The position numbers were made by a program, and so were the translations under genes. 64,000 nucleotides of DNA, taken from contig CAVUWV010000010.1 of assembly GCA_963745075.1 (NCBI GenBank), positions 128,001-192,000 on the forward strand, written 5' to 3'. This document shows positions 19,073 to 29,933 of the stretch, one piece after another. The stretch's first letter is position 1. Each line of letters opens with the position of its first letter. Under the pieces are notes generated by a model, which was not told the DNA's origin, ran no database searches, and saw only the letters and a list, made by a program, of their open reading frames with translations. Origin of the DNA: Candidatus Hydrogenedentota bacterium. Lineage in GTDB: Bacteria; Hydrogenedentota; Hydrogenedentia; Hydrogenedentales; SLHB01.

Positions 19073-19858
19073 ATGCAAGGCACAACGGAAAAAACGGTCG
19101 AACTGTTCGGCGTCCGGTTTAACGACCTGACGTTTGACGAATTGTGCAGCCGTGTCCTCCGTTTCGTTCGTGCTGGACAACGTTCCTATATGGTGACCGC
19201 CAACGTCGATCATATCTGCCGGTGTCAAACGGATGCCGCCTTTCGCGAGGCATACGCCAATGCCGGCACCGTCGTTTGTGACGGGAAACCCTTGATTTGG
19301 ATGTCTCGACTGCTGGGCCGGCCGCTCCGGGAAAAACTGAGTGGATCAGACCTCGTGGTCGCCTTGTCGGAGTTCGCCGCCAATGAAGGGCTCAGCGTGT
19401 TTCTGTTCGGGGCCGCGGAAGGCGTGGCCGTTCAGGCCGCGGACAATCTTCGGAGCCGTTTTCCGGAACTGAAGGTGGCGGGCGTATGCAGTCCGCCCAT
19501 GGGGTTCTATGCGGACGACGGCATGAACGCGGATGCGGTCCGCACAATTGCGGAAACGTCACCGCACATTTGTTTCGTTGCCCTCGGCTCGCCCCAGCAG
19601 GAACTGTGGATGAATCGCTGCCATCAACTATGCAACACCACGGTCCTGATAGGAATCGGCGCTTCATTCGATTTCCTTGCGGGCCGGGTGAAGCGCGCGC
19701 CGCGTTGGATGCAGCAAGGCGGCGTGGAATGGGTATGGCGGTTGTATCAGGAACCGCGCCGTCTGTGGCGCCGGTATCTGGTGGATGACATGAAGATCGT
19801 TGGATTGTTGTGGCGCGAACTGCGACGGAATCGCAACCGCCAAACCCGGATGACATAG
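19073..19858 (+). CDS. WecB/TagA/CpsF glycosyltransferase (GT26)
   Basis: VTANVDH, CDGKPL, GSDL, ALGSPQQE, GIGASFDF and EPRRLWRRY. Confidence 0.92.
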   Translation: MQGTTEKTVELFGVRFNDLTFDELCSRVLRFVRAGQRSYMVTANVDHICRCQTDAAFREAYANAGTVVCDGKPLIWMSRLLGRPLREKLSGSDLVVALSEFAANEGLSVFLFGAAEGVAVQAADNLRSRFPELKVAGVCSPPMGFYADDGMNADAVRTIAETSPHICFVALGSPQQELWMNRCHQLCNTTVLIGIGASFDFLAGRVKRAPRWMQQGGVEWVWRLYQEPRRLWRRYLVDDMKIVGLLWRELRRNRNRQTRMT

Positions 19859-19878
19859 TGCGACGAGGTCGTTAGTTT

Positions 19879-22800
19879 ATGGTTGGATCATTATGGAAGT
19901 GGATTGTAGGTGCCATCGTGCTCATTGCAGTGCTCGCGGTGGGGGCGTATTTCGGACTCGAAATGTACATCGCGCACCGCAACCAGCAATGGCTGGCGGA
20001 AGCGGACGCAGCGTACGACTCCGGCGATTGGCAATTGGCCAAGAATTACTTCGAACGCTACATTCCGCAGGACAAAGATAACGTGGAACTCTTGCTGCGC
20101 TACGCCGATGCGTGCCAGCGCGTATTGAACGGTCGTGTGGCGGCGCTACAAGGGGCCGCTACCGCGTACCAGCAGGTGCTTACCCTCGATCCGGACAATC
20201 GGGAGATTCGCGAAAAGCTACTCCGTCTGTACAAGAAGATGGGGGCGTGGGGGAACCTCGAGTACTACACGGAAGAATGGTTGTCTTCCCACCCCGACGA
20301 CCCGGAACTCAGGTACGACCATGCGCTCGCACTTGACCGGCTCGGCCGTCGTGACGAAGCCATCGAGGAATACCGGATGCTCGCCGAGGCGAACACTGAC
20401 TATTCGCAAGCTTACGCCGACTATGCCCGGCTGCTCCACGATCGCGGCCTCGACATCGAGGCCGAAAAAGTCTTGCGCGACGCGGTCGAGCGACGGCCGA
20501 ATGACGCACAAGTCCGGATCGATTACGCCCGTTTTCTGGCCCGAAAACGCGATTGGGACCAAGTGGATGCGTTGCTCCAGGAAGCCATCACGATGGCGCC
20601 CGACAATCCCGACGTATTGATCGCGCAAGCGCAGGCGGCCGGCCTTCGCGAGAATTATGACCAAGTCATCGAGTGCCTGCGCAAAGCCACCATAGTCGAT
20701 CCGGACAACGCCACCGCTCACCTCATGCTGGCGGGCGCCTACGTGGCCATGGACGATGTTCCCAGCGCGGTGGATACCTTGCGCGACGTCGATCCGATCG
20801 TGCAGGTCGACAATCCCTCGATTCTGATCACGCTGGGCGATTTGCAACTGAGTCTGCGCCAGTTCGACGAAGCCCATGCAACACTCCAACGATACACTAA
20901 CGCGTATTCCGAACAGCTTCCGGTCAATGAGTATTTTGCCGCCAAAGAACTGCTCGTGAAAGGGAGCCCCCGCGACGCCATCAAGAAACTGGCAACCGTC
21001 GTGGAACTCCGCCCGAATTTCCTCCAAGCGCAATACACGTTGGCCGTCGCTTATATTGACGCAGGCGACATGGAACTGGCCAGAAACGCCCTCGATGCGT
21101 ACCTGGACAAGAATCCGAGCGACGTACGCGCTCGTGACCTGCTCCTGCGGAATTTCGGCGAGCCGATTTCGTATGAGGATACCGTCGCGCGTGCCAATGA
21201 AACCCTGGACAACGCCGATGCGGGCGCCGAAGCGCTCTACGCCGCTGGATTCGCGCTCTTTGAAATGTCCCGCCGGTCGGGCGCGCTCGAATCCAACCAG
21301 GACACCATCCGGCGATTGCTGCGGCGCAGCATCGAAAAGGCGCCCCGGAAAGCCAACGCCTACCGGACCCTGGTGGAACTCGAGTTGTCTGACGGCCAGA
21401 TTCGCAACGCCTCCAGTATCGTGGATGAGGCCACGCAGGCGGGCGTTCCCGAATCCGACCTCGCGAAGCCGCGCGTGGCAATCGCACTGGCATCCGGCGA
21501 TAACGACAAAGCGCACGAGATCGTCTCGGAATCGTTCGCGGACACGGCCGTGCCCGCCGTTGAAACGTACATCGAGTGGGGGCAGTTTCTCGCGTCCCAC
21601 GGTGCGTACGACGAGGCGGCGAGCGTGCTGGATGAAGGCGCGAGCAAAATTCCCGGCGAGGACGCCAAGAACAAACTCGCATTGGTCCGCATATCTCTGG
21701 ACACCCGGCGCGGCAATATCGACGACGCCATCAAACGCTTGCAGGAACTCGATGCGCAAGTGCCGCTCGACAGCCCCCAGCGTCACGAATTCAATGCCGC
21801 GCGATTGGAGGTCGTTCAGTATTTATTGGGGTCCGATTCCGGCGAAGGAGGCGACCGCGTCGTGTCTCTTGCAGACGCGGTCCGTAAAGAGGAACCGGAC
21901 AATTCCGTCCTCAAGACCATCGACGGCTTTCTTCTTTTGCGAAAAGATCCACCGGACGTGGACCAGGCCAAAACGTTGTTCGAAAGCGCCGCAGCCGCGA
22001 GCCCGCGCGACGTGAATGCCTTTTGGGGCCTGGCCCGAGTGGCCTCTCTGGAACAAGACTATCCCCGTGCGCTGGTCTTCGCCGAGCGGGCGGCCGCGCT
22101 GGCTCCGGATGTTCCTGCATTGCAACTTCAGCTCGGCGAAATCCTGTCCGCCTTGGGCCGGCGTTTGGAAGCGGAGAAAGCGCTCAAACAAGTGTTGAAA
22201 GATGAACCGCAGAATCTGCGTGCCCTCCAGCTCCTGATCGGGAGTTTGATCGATCGAAAACAGATTCGACAGGCCCGGGAGCTTCTGGCCCAACTGGAGC
22301 GCGACAATGGTTTGGATCCGGCCGACGCGGCTGCCGTACGCAGCCTGCGCGGCCGATTGCTGATGTCGCAAGGGGACAACGTGGAAGCCGAACAACTGCT
22401 CAGGGAGCAGTACGCGAACGATCCGGACAACATCGATTTGGCCCGAAACCTCGCCAGGACGATGCTGAACCAGGGGCGCTCGGAAGAAGCCGTTCGGTTC
22501 CTGGGTGAATTCGCGCAGAAGCATGCATCTCGGCCCGAAGGATGGGTGGCGCTCGCCCGGCTCTACACGACCGAAGGTGGCGATGCGAACCTTGCGCGGG
22601 CCTCTACGGCACTGACGCGTGCACTCGTCGCAGACCCGCACTTCGCCCCCGCGCTGCGCGACATGCTCGGTGTCCGGATCAAGCAAGGCAACTTGGGCGA
22701 GGCAATCGGCCTCTGCGACCGCTATCTCGAGAAGAGTCCGGACAGTCCGGATATCCTGAACACGAAAGCGCTGCTATTGGCCGATACGCGTGGGCAATTG

Positions 22801-23124
22801 GATGCCGCAGAGACGACCATCGAACGGGCGATTGCGCTGGACAATCAGCCCGAGTACGTGGCTACACGGGGTATGATTCTACTCCGGAAGGGCGAATCGC
22901 GCCGGGCCCTCGAGGATCTGCAGTCCGCGGCCGCGAATATGTCTTCCACCACGGCCACAATCGATTTGGCCCTCGCCGAAGCTTATCTCGCCGAAGGCGA
23001 TCCGTCGTCGGCGCAGCGATACTACAATTCGGCCGTGCGCAAATCAGACCAGGGCGAGCCCGTGGATCGCAGCCGACTCACTCGAGTGGGTCAGATGCTT
23101 GAAAAACAAGGGGCTGCAGCATGA
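19879..23124 (+). CDS. Membrane-anchored TPR-repeat protein (PrsT-like)
   Basis: N-terminal TM helix followed by about 1000 aa of TPR-like repeats; adjacent to the exosortase. Confidence 0.85.
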   Translation: MVGSLWKWIVGAIVLIAVLAVGAYFGLEMYIAHRNQQWLAEADAAYDSGDWQLAKNYFERYIPQDKDNVELLLRYADACQRVLNGRVAALQGAATAYQQVLTLDPDNREIREKLLRLYKKMGAWGNLEYYTEEWLSSHPDDPELRYDHALALDRLGRRDEAIEEYRMLAEANTDYSQAYADYARLLHDRGLDIEAEKVLRDAVERRPNDAQVRIDYARFLARKRDWDQVDALLQEAITMAPDNPDVLIAQAQAAGLRENYDQVIECLRKATIVDPDNATAHLMLAGAYVAMDDVPSAVDTLRDVDPIVQVDNPSILITLGDLQLSLRQFDEAHATLQRYTNAYSEQLPVNEYFAAKELLVKGSPRDAIKKLATVVELRPNFLQAQYTLAVAYIDAGDMELARNALDAYLDKNPSDVRARDLLLRNFGEPISYEDTVARANETLDNADAGAEALYAAGFALFEMSRRSGALESNQDTIRRLLRRSIEKAPRKANAYRTLVELELSDGQIRNASSIVDEATQAGVPESDLAKPRVAIALASGDNDKAHEIVSESFADTAVPAVETYIEWGQFLASHGAYDEAASVLDEGASKIPGEDAKNKLALVRISLDTRRGNIDDAIKRLQELDAQVPLDSPQRHEFNAARLEVVQYLLGSDSGEGGDRVVSLADAVRKEEPDNSVLKTIDGFLLLRKDPPDVDQAKTLFESAAAASPRDVNAFWGLARVASLEQDYPRALVFAERAAALAPDVPALQLQLGEILSALGRRLEAEKALKQVLKDEPQNLRALQLLIGSLIDRKQIRQARELLAQLERDNGLDPADAAAVRSLRGRLLMSQGDNVEAEQLLREQYANDPDNIDLARNLARTMLNQGRSEEAVRFLGEFAQKHASRPEGWVALARLYTTEGGDANLARASTALTRALVADPHFAPALRDMLGVRIKQGNLGEAIGLCDRYLEKSPDSPDILNTKALLLADTRGQLDAAETTIERAIALDNQPEYVATRGMILLRKGESRRALEDLQSAAANMSSTTATIDLALAEAYLAEGDPSSAQRYYNSAVRKSDQGEPVDRSRLTRVGQMLEKQGAAA

Positions 23125-24701
23125 GCACCGAATCCACCACATCCCGCAATTCACAGCCCCGCGACGATCGGACAGCCGCCGAAACCCCGTCCCGGCGCCC
23201 CCCATGGTTTATGGCAAGTCTTTTTATTGTCGCGCTGGTTGTCCTTTACTGGCGGGCGGCCGGCGAGCTTTACACGAACTGGACCTTGACCGATTCGTAC
23301 TACACGCACGGGTTCCTCATTCCCTTCGTCAGCGCCTATTTCATTTGGAAAGACCGCGCGTATCTTTCCAAGCTTCCGATTGCCCCGTCTGCGTCCGGCG
23401 TGGTCTGGATTGCGTTTGCGGCGCTGTTGCTGTTGTTGGGGGACTTTCTGGGCTTCCGCGTATTCGCCCATTTGTCGTTGATTCCCATGCTCGCCGGGAT
23501 GATCGCCGTGCTCCTGGGCGCGCAGTGGGTGCGACGCATGTGGTTTCCGCTGGTATTTCTGATTTTCATGATACCGATTCCGCCGTCATTGACACAGAAC
23601 ATTGCCCTGAAGCTGAAGCTGCTGGCCGCACAAAGTGCCGTGGCACTCGCCAACGCCGTCACGCTGCCCATGGTACAGGAAGGATCCTGGATTCACTTTG
23701 GCGACGACCGCTTGCTCGTTGGAGACGTCTGTGGCGGGCTGCGTTCCTTGATCGCGTTACTGGCATTGGGTGCGGTTTTCGCATACATCAGCAAGGTTCG
23801 GACTTGGGCCAAGGTCTTCATCATGGCCATGGCGGGTCCCATTGCGGTTGCGGCGAACATCGTGCGGATCTTCTTCCTCTGCGTCGTCGCCTACTTCTGG
23901 GGCAGCGAGGTGGCCGGCGGCAAAGTCCACGATTACTCCGGAATCCTGATCTTTGCCGTAGCGATTTTGCTCTTTACCGCGCTGGATGCGCCGCTGCGCC
24001 GCTTCGCTGCGGAGAAGGAGGATTCTGCCGAACCGGGGTCGCCGGCTCCGGCACGTCCCGGCAAATCGCGTCGCGGTCCGATTGCGTTCGCGCTCGCGAT
24101 CCTCATTACCGCTACAGCCGGCCATCTCGGGATCCTTCGCGCCCAAACCCAGGGGCAAGTCGACGCAAGCGCGAAGCCGATCCTTGACATCCCCGCTACT
24201 ATCGTCGATTACAAACAGATGGGCAGCGACAGTGAAGTGGACGAACGCACTCGCGAGATCCTGGAAACCAGTACGATCCTCATTCGCAACTACCAGTCGC
24301 CGGTTACGCATCGTCCCATCCAGTTGAGTATCGTGCACGCGGGGACGACGCGCCGCAGTCTGCACTTTCCCGAGGTCTGCCTGGTGGGTGATGGCTGGGA
24401 AATCGTGAAACAGGATGATGTGCCGGTCGGTATCCTGTTTACCGCACGCCGGCTCGTATTGATGAAAGGAAACCAATACGAAGCGGTGTTGTACTGGTTC
24501 AAAACCGGGGACTACGTAACGGGGAACTTTTTCGCAAACGCGTTATACTGGGCCAAGAACCAGATTACCTTCGGATCGCCCAGCTCCGCGATGATAAAGC
24601 TGAGCACCCCGATCGTCTCCGACGGAGATGCCGCCGCGTTTGCGGCACTCGACGATTTCGCCATGAAATTCACGCCGATTATGATGCAGAAAATCAATTA
24701 G
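23121..24701 (+). CDS. Exosortase fused to an EpsI domain
   Basis: YYTHGFLIP, putative Cys-Arg-His triad (VGDVCGGLRSL, NIVRI, VHDYSG), and C-terminal LHFPEVCLVGDGW plus VLYWF of EpsI. Confidence 0.9.
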   Translation: MSTESTTSRNSQPRDDRTAAETPSRRPPWFMASLFIVALVVLYWRAAGELYTNWTLTDSYYTHGFLIPFVSAYFIWKDRAYLSKLPIAPSASGVVWIAFAALLLLLGDFLGFRVFAHLSLIPMLAGMIAVLLGAQWVRRMWFPLVFLIFMIPIPPSLTQNIALKLKLLAAQSAVALANAVTLPMVQEGSWIHFGDDRLLVGDVCGGLRSLIALLALGAVFAYISKVRTWAKVFIMAMAGPIAVAANIVRIFFLCVVAYFWGSEVAGGKVHDYSGILIFAVAILLFTALDAPLRRFAAEKEDSAEPGSPAPARPGKSRRGPIAFALAILITATAGHLGILRAQTQGQVDASAKPILDIPATIVDYKQMGSDSEVDERTREILETSTILIRNYQSPVTHRPIQLSIVHAGTTRRSLHFPEVCLVGDGWEIVKQDDVPVGILFTARRLVLMKGNQYEAVLYWFKTGDYVTGNFFANALYWAKNQITFGSPSSAMIKLSTPIVSDGDAAAFAALDDFAMKFTPIMMQKIN

Positions 24702-24715
24702 TGAAGGGAACTTCC

Positions 24716-27590
24716 ATGAACGCATTACACACCGCCCGGTCCCGCTGGTTCGGGTTCGTCCTGATCGGATTGTGCGGGTTGCTGATCCTCAGTTCCGGTT
24801 GCGGGAGCCGTCGCAGTCAACAGTATACGGAACAGGGCGAAACCTACCTGCTGATCGGGAATCTCGATGCGGCGGAAAAATCTTTTGACCGCGCGTTCGA
24901 GCTGGATGCAACGAACGCCCGCGCCAAGATGGGTCTTGCCCGCTGCTACTGGTTGATGAAGAAACCAAAGGACGCGATTGCAGCGTACAAAGAGGCGCAG
25001 CAAATCGACCCGAAACTCGACAAAGCGTATCTCGAGGCGGCTCGCATATCGCTTGTCACCGGCGACGCGCCGGGTGCGAAAGAAATCGTGCAGCGCTACA
25101 AGGCGGTCGATCCCGTTGCGGGCGGAATCCTGGAAGGCTTTGTGCTTCGTGAATCGGGGGACGTAGACGGCGCGCTCAAAGTCCTCACGGAACTCTCTGA
25201 CGAGCACCCCAAAAACGTCGAACGTCCGCGTCAGTCTGGCCGCGGCCTATCGCGCGGCAAATGAGTTCGGAAAAGCGGAGGATGAACTCAACTACGTATT
25301 GGACAACCTCGACAACTCCTCGTTGGCGGCCCGCATGCTGCTTGTGGAAGTGTATCAAGCCGAAGGAAAGTCGGACGAAATCGTAAACGAACTCCGCGAT
25401 TTGGCCGCACAGCAACCGAAGAACGAGAGCATTCAATTGGCGTACGCCCGCAGTTTGTTGGCGGTCGACCGGTTCGATGAAGCCGAGGCGATTGCCCGTC
25501 CGATCCTTGAACGCACGCCCGAGTCGCCGTGGGCGAACTTCGTGGTCGGCTCGTGTTTGGTTCATAAGAAGAAATACGCGGACGCCATCGACTGCCTCAT
25601 GGCTGCCTTTGGTGGGCTCCCGAATGAACCCGCGATTGCCCGAATGCTCGCCATCGCAAAGCGAGCCGGCACCGAGGAAGCTCCGCCCGAGAAACCCGAG
25701 GTGGCGACGAAGCCTGCAGAAGAGAAAGCCTCCGCGCAAACCTGGCAGGACCTGTGGAACGATGCCAGTCTGCGCGAGCTAGTCGATCAACGGACGGCGT
25801 TTCTCGCCCAGGACAAAGCTCCCATGCTCGCCCGGACCCTCCTTATGGCGGCCCTGTTCATTCAAAACGGTGATGCCATGCGCGAGATACTGCCAAAAGT
25901 GCCGGAAGACAGCCCGGGGCGGCAACTGGTCGAGGCGCTGATCGCACAGGACGGGGAAAAAGCCCGGCAGGTCGTCGACAACTGGAAGGCCACAACCGAG
26001 GATGAGGAAATCCTGAGCGGAAATGCGCGCGGTTTCTTGTACGCCATGGCCGGTTCGCGCGCCCGCGCCCTCGAATCGTTCACCCAGGTTTCCGCAAAGT
26101 ATCCCGAAAACGGGGTGGCACTGTACAACATCGCGACCATGTACCGCGGGGCCGGTATGCCCAGGTTCGCCATTGCCGCGTTGCGCCAACTGATCCTCCG
26201 CCACGGACAAAACCGCGAAGCCCGTCAGGTGCTCTTTGACGTACTCATGCAATCGGGCAGTCACGAGGAGGCGCGACAGTTGGCGGAATCGACCTTCGCA
26301 ATGTTCCCGCAGGATCCCATTTCCACGCTCATGCTTGCCCGGGCGTACCGGGAAGCCGGGGATTCGGATTTGGCCAAGGACGTGCTCCAGCGGAGAATTG
26401 AACGCGATCCCGCGTCGAAGATTCTCGCCGTCGCGTTGGGCGAAGTTCTCTTGGACGCAGGGCAGGTGGACGAGGCCGTGGCCGCCTTGGACAAGGCCGC
26501 GTCCGATACCCGGCTCGCGAAGCAGGTGGCTGTTCTGAAGGCCTTCGCCGCCGCCGACCAGAAGGACTGGCAGAAAGTCCTCGATATCTGCGCGAGTCAG
26601 GCTGGCGCATCCTATCCCATGGCGCTGCGGCTCTTACACGTCGCCGCCCTGATCGATACCGGCGATACCGAACACGCCTTTGAGCCTTTGCTGTCCGCCG
26701 ACGGCACGCCAATCAGCAGCCCCGTAACGACCGTGCTGCTGGCCGTGTATGGAAAGCTGGCCGGGGAAGCGTCTCCCGGCGATGCCGCGCTCGCGGACGC
26801 ACTGAAGCCGGAACCGGCAAACGTCGCGCTGTTCGCCTACGCATTGGCCTGCCGCGATACCCATTTTTCGAGAAAGGCGTACGATCTCTTCGTGGAATTG
26901 GACGGGCGCCTCCCCGCCAAGCCGCGTATCGTCGCCTATATGCTGACCGCGCTGGCCAACGCCAACGATCTCCCCGATCGGGAACAGAAGGCCACGCACT
27001 ATACCGAGGAGTATCCCGCGTTGCCTGCCGCTTGGCTGGGGCTGGCCGACGTGGAGCAGGCCCTTGGCAACGTCGATGCGGAACGATCGGCCCTCGAGAA
27101 AGCTGTCGAAGTGGGGCCGGATGATATCGACGCGTGGTTGCAATACGCGCGCTTTCTCGACGAGCAATCGGACCACGAGGGGATGTTGAAATCCTATCGC
27201 AAACTGCACCAATTATTGCCGGGGGATCCATTCATCGCCAACAATCTCGCGTACTGCATATTGCAGTCCAATGGCGATGCAAAGGAGGCCTTGAGTCTCG
27301 CGGAAAGCGCGTATAAAGACGCCAAATCCAGCTCGAACGTGCTGCATACCCTCGGTCTTGCCCAACTCAAAACGGGCGACCTGGACGAAGGATCCAAGAA
27401 CCTGCGCCGCGCCCTGGAAATGCGTCCCGGCGATCCGACGTTGCTGTTCGACGCCGGCAAAGCGCTGCTCGCCCAGGGGAAAGAGAAAGACGGCCACGAC
27501 TACATCGCGTACGCGCTGCACTACGCGCAACAACTCGGCCTCGACTTTTCCGGCAAAGACGAAGCCGAAAAGCTGCTTGCGGGAAGTTGA
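24716..27590 (+). CDS. TPR-repeat lipoprotein, split by a +1 frameshift near 25221
   Basis: Lipobox LSSGC; removing one A in GTCGAACGTC joins ORFs 24701..25264 and 25299..27590 as HPKNVDVRVSLAAAY. Confidence 0.75.
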
Positions 27591-27629
27591 GATGTTCGTG
27601 GTATCGGATAACATTCGGATCGTCGTGAT

Positions 27630-29015
27630 ATGAGCGGTCCGATAGCAGCCGGCGCCGTCGGCAGCGAAGACGTGCCTCCGACGGATTTGGGGGAGGTGAG
27701 TTCTCCGTCGACGTCGTTGAGGTCCCTGGCGGTCCGTGGTTCGACGTGGACGCTCGTCGAATACGGGGGCAGTCAAGTACTGCGCCTCGCCACCAACATC
27801 ATTCTCACCCGTCTGCTTGTTCCCGAGGCCTTCGGCCTCATGCTGGTCGTGAACGCGGTGATCCAGGGGCTGGACATGTTCAGCGACCTCGGCTTGGGGC
27901 AGAGTATCATTCAGCACAAACGTGGGGAAAATACATCGTTCCTCCATACTGCCTGGACGATGCAAGTTGGGCGTGGGGTACTGCTGTTTGTGGCCTCTCT
28001 GGTCATCGCGCAGATCAGTACGTACGTGTACGACGACATGCCGGAGTTGCGCTACCTGATCCCGGCGTGCGCCATTGGAACCCTCATCAACGGATTCTGT
28101 TCCGTCAATATGATCTTGTTGAACCGGCGCCTCCAACTGTTTCGGCTGGCGGCGATCAATCTTGGCGTTCAAATCACGACATTGATCTTCATGATCGCGT
28201 GGGCGTTGGTTTCGCCAACGGTATGGGCCCTGGTGAGTGCCCATGTGGTTGCCGGCGTCGCGCGGCTTGTGGCGAGCCACACGATATGTCCCGGTCCCCG
28301 CGCGCGGTTTCATTGGGACCGCGCCGCGGCCTGGTCCGTCTTTCGTTTTGGCCGTTGGATATTCCTCAGTACGGTCTTTGGGTTTGTTGCCATGCGCGGC
28401 GACGCGTTTATTTTCGGGCTTTTCGAAACGAAGACGTTCCTCGGCATCTACGCGGTGGCTATGTTTCTCAATCAAGGGATGGTGCAGGCGCTGCATACGA
28501 TTTCCAGCCGCGTGCTGTTCCCGGTCTATTCGCGCCTCGCCGAATCCGGTCCCGAGCGCTTGCGGCATCAGATGTTTCGGATGCGGGCGGTGCTCATGAT
28601 CGTGAGCGTGCCGTCAATCTGTTTCGTCGTCGTATTTGGCGGCACTATTGTGTCTGTTCTTTACGATGACCGTTATCTCGATGCGGGTTGGATTCTCCAA
28701 CTCCTCTCCGTCGGCGCCGTTGCCTCGATTATCGGGAGTACCATCGGGCCTGTCCTGCTCGCTGTGGGTGATTCGTTTCGCTTCATGCTGCTGATGGCCC
28801 TGCGCACGGTCGTCTTGTTGGCGGGTATGGCGTTGTTCGGTTGGCTTTACGGAACCGTCGGACTTATCTTTGGTGTGGCCATTCCAGATTGCATCACGTA
28901 TCCCATTTTGATCGTCATGGTTCGCAAATACCGGGTTTGGCACTACTGGCTGGACCTGGCCGGTTTTCTCAGCGCACTTATTCTCATACATATAGGTTGG
29001 GCGATATGGTCTTGA
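27630..29015 (+). CDS. Oligosaccharide flippase (Wzx/PST family)
   Basis: LTRLLVPEAFGL, FSDLGLGQSIIQ and many TM segments. Confidence 0.9.
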   Translation: MSGPIAAGAVGSEDVPPTDLGEVSSPSTSLRSLAVRGSTWTLVEYGGSQVLRLATNIILTRLLVPEAFGLMLVVNAVIQGLDMFSDLGLGQSIIQHKRGENTSFLHTAWTMQVGRGVLLFVASLVIAQISTYVYDDMPELRYLIPACAIGTLINGFCSVNMILLNRRLQLFRLAAINLGVQITTLIFMIAWALVSPTVWALVSAHVVAGVARLVASHTICPGPRARFHWDRAAAWSVFRFGRWIFLSTVFGFVAMRGDAFIFGLFETKTFLGIYAVAMFLNQGMVQALHTISSRVLFPVYSRLAESGPERLRHQMFRMRAVLMIVSVPSICFVVVFGGTIVSVLYDDRYLDAGWILQLLSVGAVASIIGSTIGPVLLAVGDSFRFMLLMALRTVVLLAGMALFGWLYGTVGLIFGVAIPDCITYPILIVMVRKYRVWHYWLDLAGFLSALILIHIGWAIWS

Positions 29016-29923
29016 ACGAAAACGTACCCAGTGTCAGCGTGCTGATGCCGGTTTATAACAATGCGCGTCATCTGAAACCCGCCGTCGCCAGTATTCTGGC
29101 CCAGACCTACGGCGATTTCGAGTTCATCATCATTAACGACGGTTCGCAAGACGATTCCAGTGAGATTCTCAACGACTTTGCGCGTTCCGATTCGCGAATT
29201 CGCCTGTACGAGCGGGCCAACACCGGTTACTGCCGCGCCCTGAACGAAGGCCTCGGCTACGCGCGCGGCGAATTTATCGCCCGCATGGACGCGGACGATA
29301 TTGCCGTGCCCGATCGCTTCGATCGTCAGGTGGGGTATCTCCGCGAACATCCCGAGTGCATCGCCTTAGGCGGGCGCGTGCTCCTGATCGACGACGACGA
29401 TGACCCCATTCGCGAGATGTGTCAGGAACAGACCCACGAGGAAATCGACAACGCCCATATGGAAGGGAAAGGGGGAACCATCATCCACCCCGCCATGATG
29501 GCCCGGCGCGCCGCCATCGAGGCCATTGGCGGGTACGATGAGCGCTTTCATTTCGCGGAGGATCTCGACTTCTTTCTCCGTTTGGCGGAGTATGGCCGCG
29601 TTGCGAATCTTCCCGAAATCGTGCTCCATTATCGCCAGCATCTTTCAAGCATCGGCTATTCGAAATCGGAAATACAGCAGCGGTCCGCCATTGACGCACT
29701 GCAAGCCGCTTACGAGCGCCGTGGGTTGCCGGCGCCACCCAGTCTCGAATCGTTCACGCCGGTCAAAACCACCGTGGCCGACGTTCATCGCAAATGGGTG
29801 TGGTGGGCGCTCGGCGACGGCCATGTGTCGAGCGCGCGAAAACACGCGCGTGTGGCATTGTTCCGCGATCCGTTCAATCTGGAATCGTGGCGCGCGGCCG
29901 CCTGCGCGTTGCGCGGACACTAG
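29006..29923 (+). CDS. Family 2 glycosyltransferase
   Basis: VSVLMPVYN, INDGSQD, ARMDADD and AEDLDF. Confidence 0.92.
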   Translation: MVLNENVPSVSVLMPVYNNARHLKPAVASILAQTYGDFEFIIINDGSQDDSSEILNDFARSDSRIRLYERANTGYCRALNEGLGYARGEFIARMDADDIAVPDRFDRQVGYLREHPECIALGGRVLLIDDDDDPIREMCQEQTHEEIDNAHMEGKGGTIIHPAMMARRAAIEAIGGYDERFHFAEDLDFFLRLAEYGRVANLPEIVLHYRQHLSSIGYSKSEIQQRSAIDALQAAYERRGLPAPPSLESFTPVKTTVADVHRKWVWWALGDGHVSSARKHARVALFRDPFNLESWRAAACALRGH

Positions 29924-29933
29924 GGGCGTCCTC

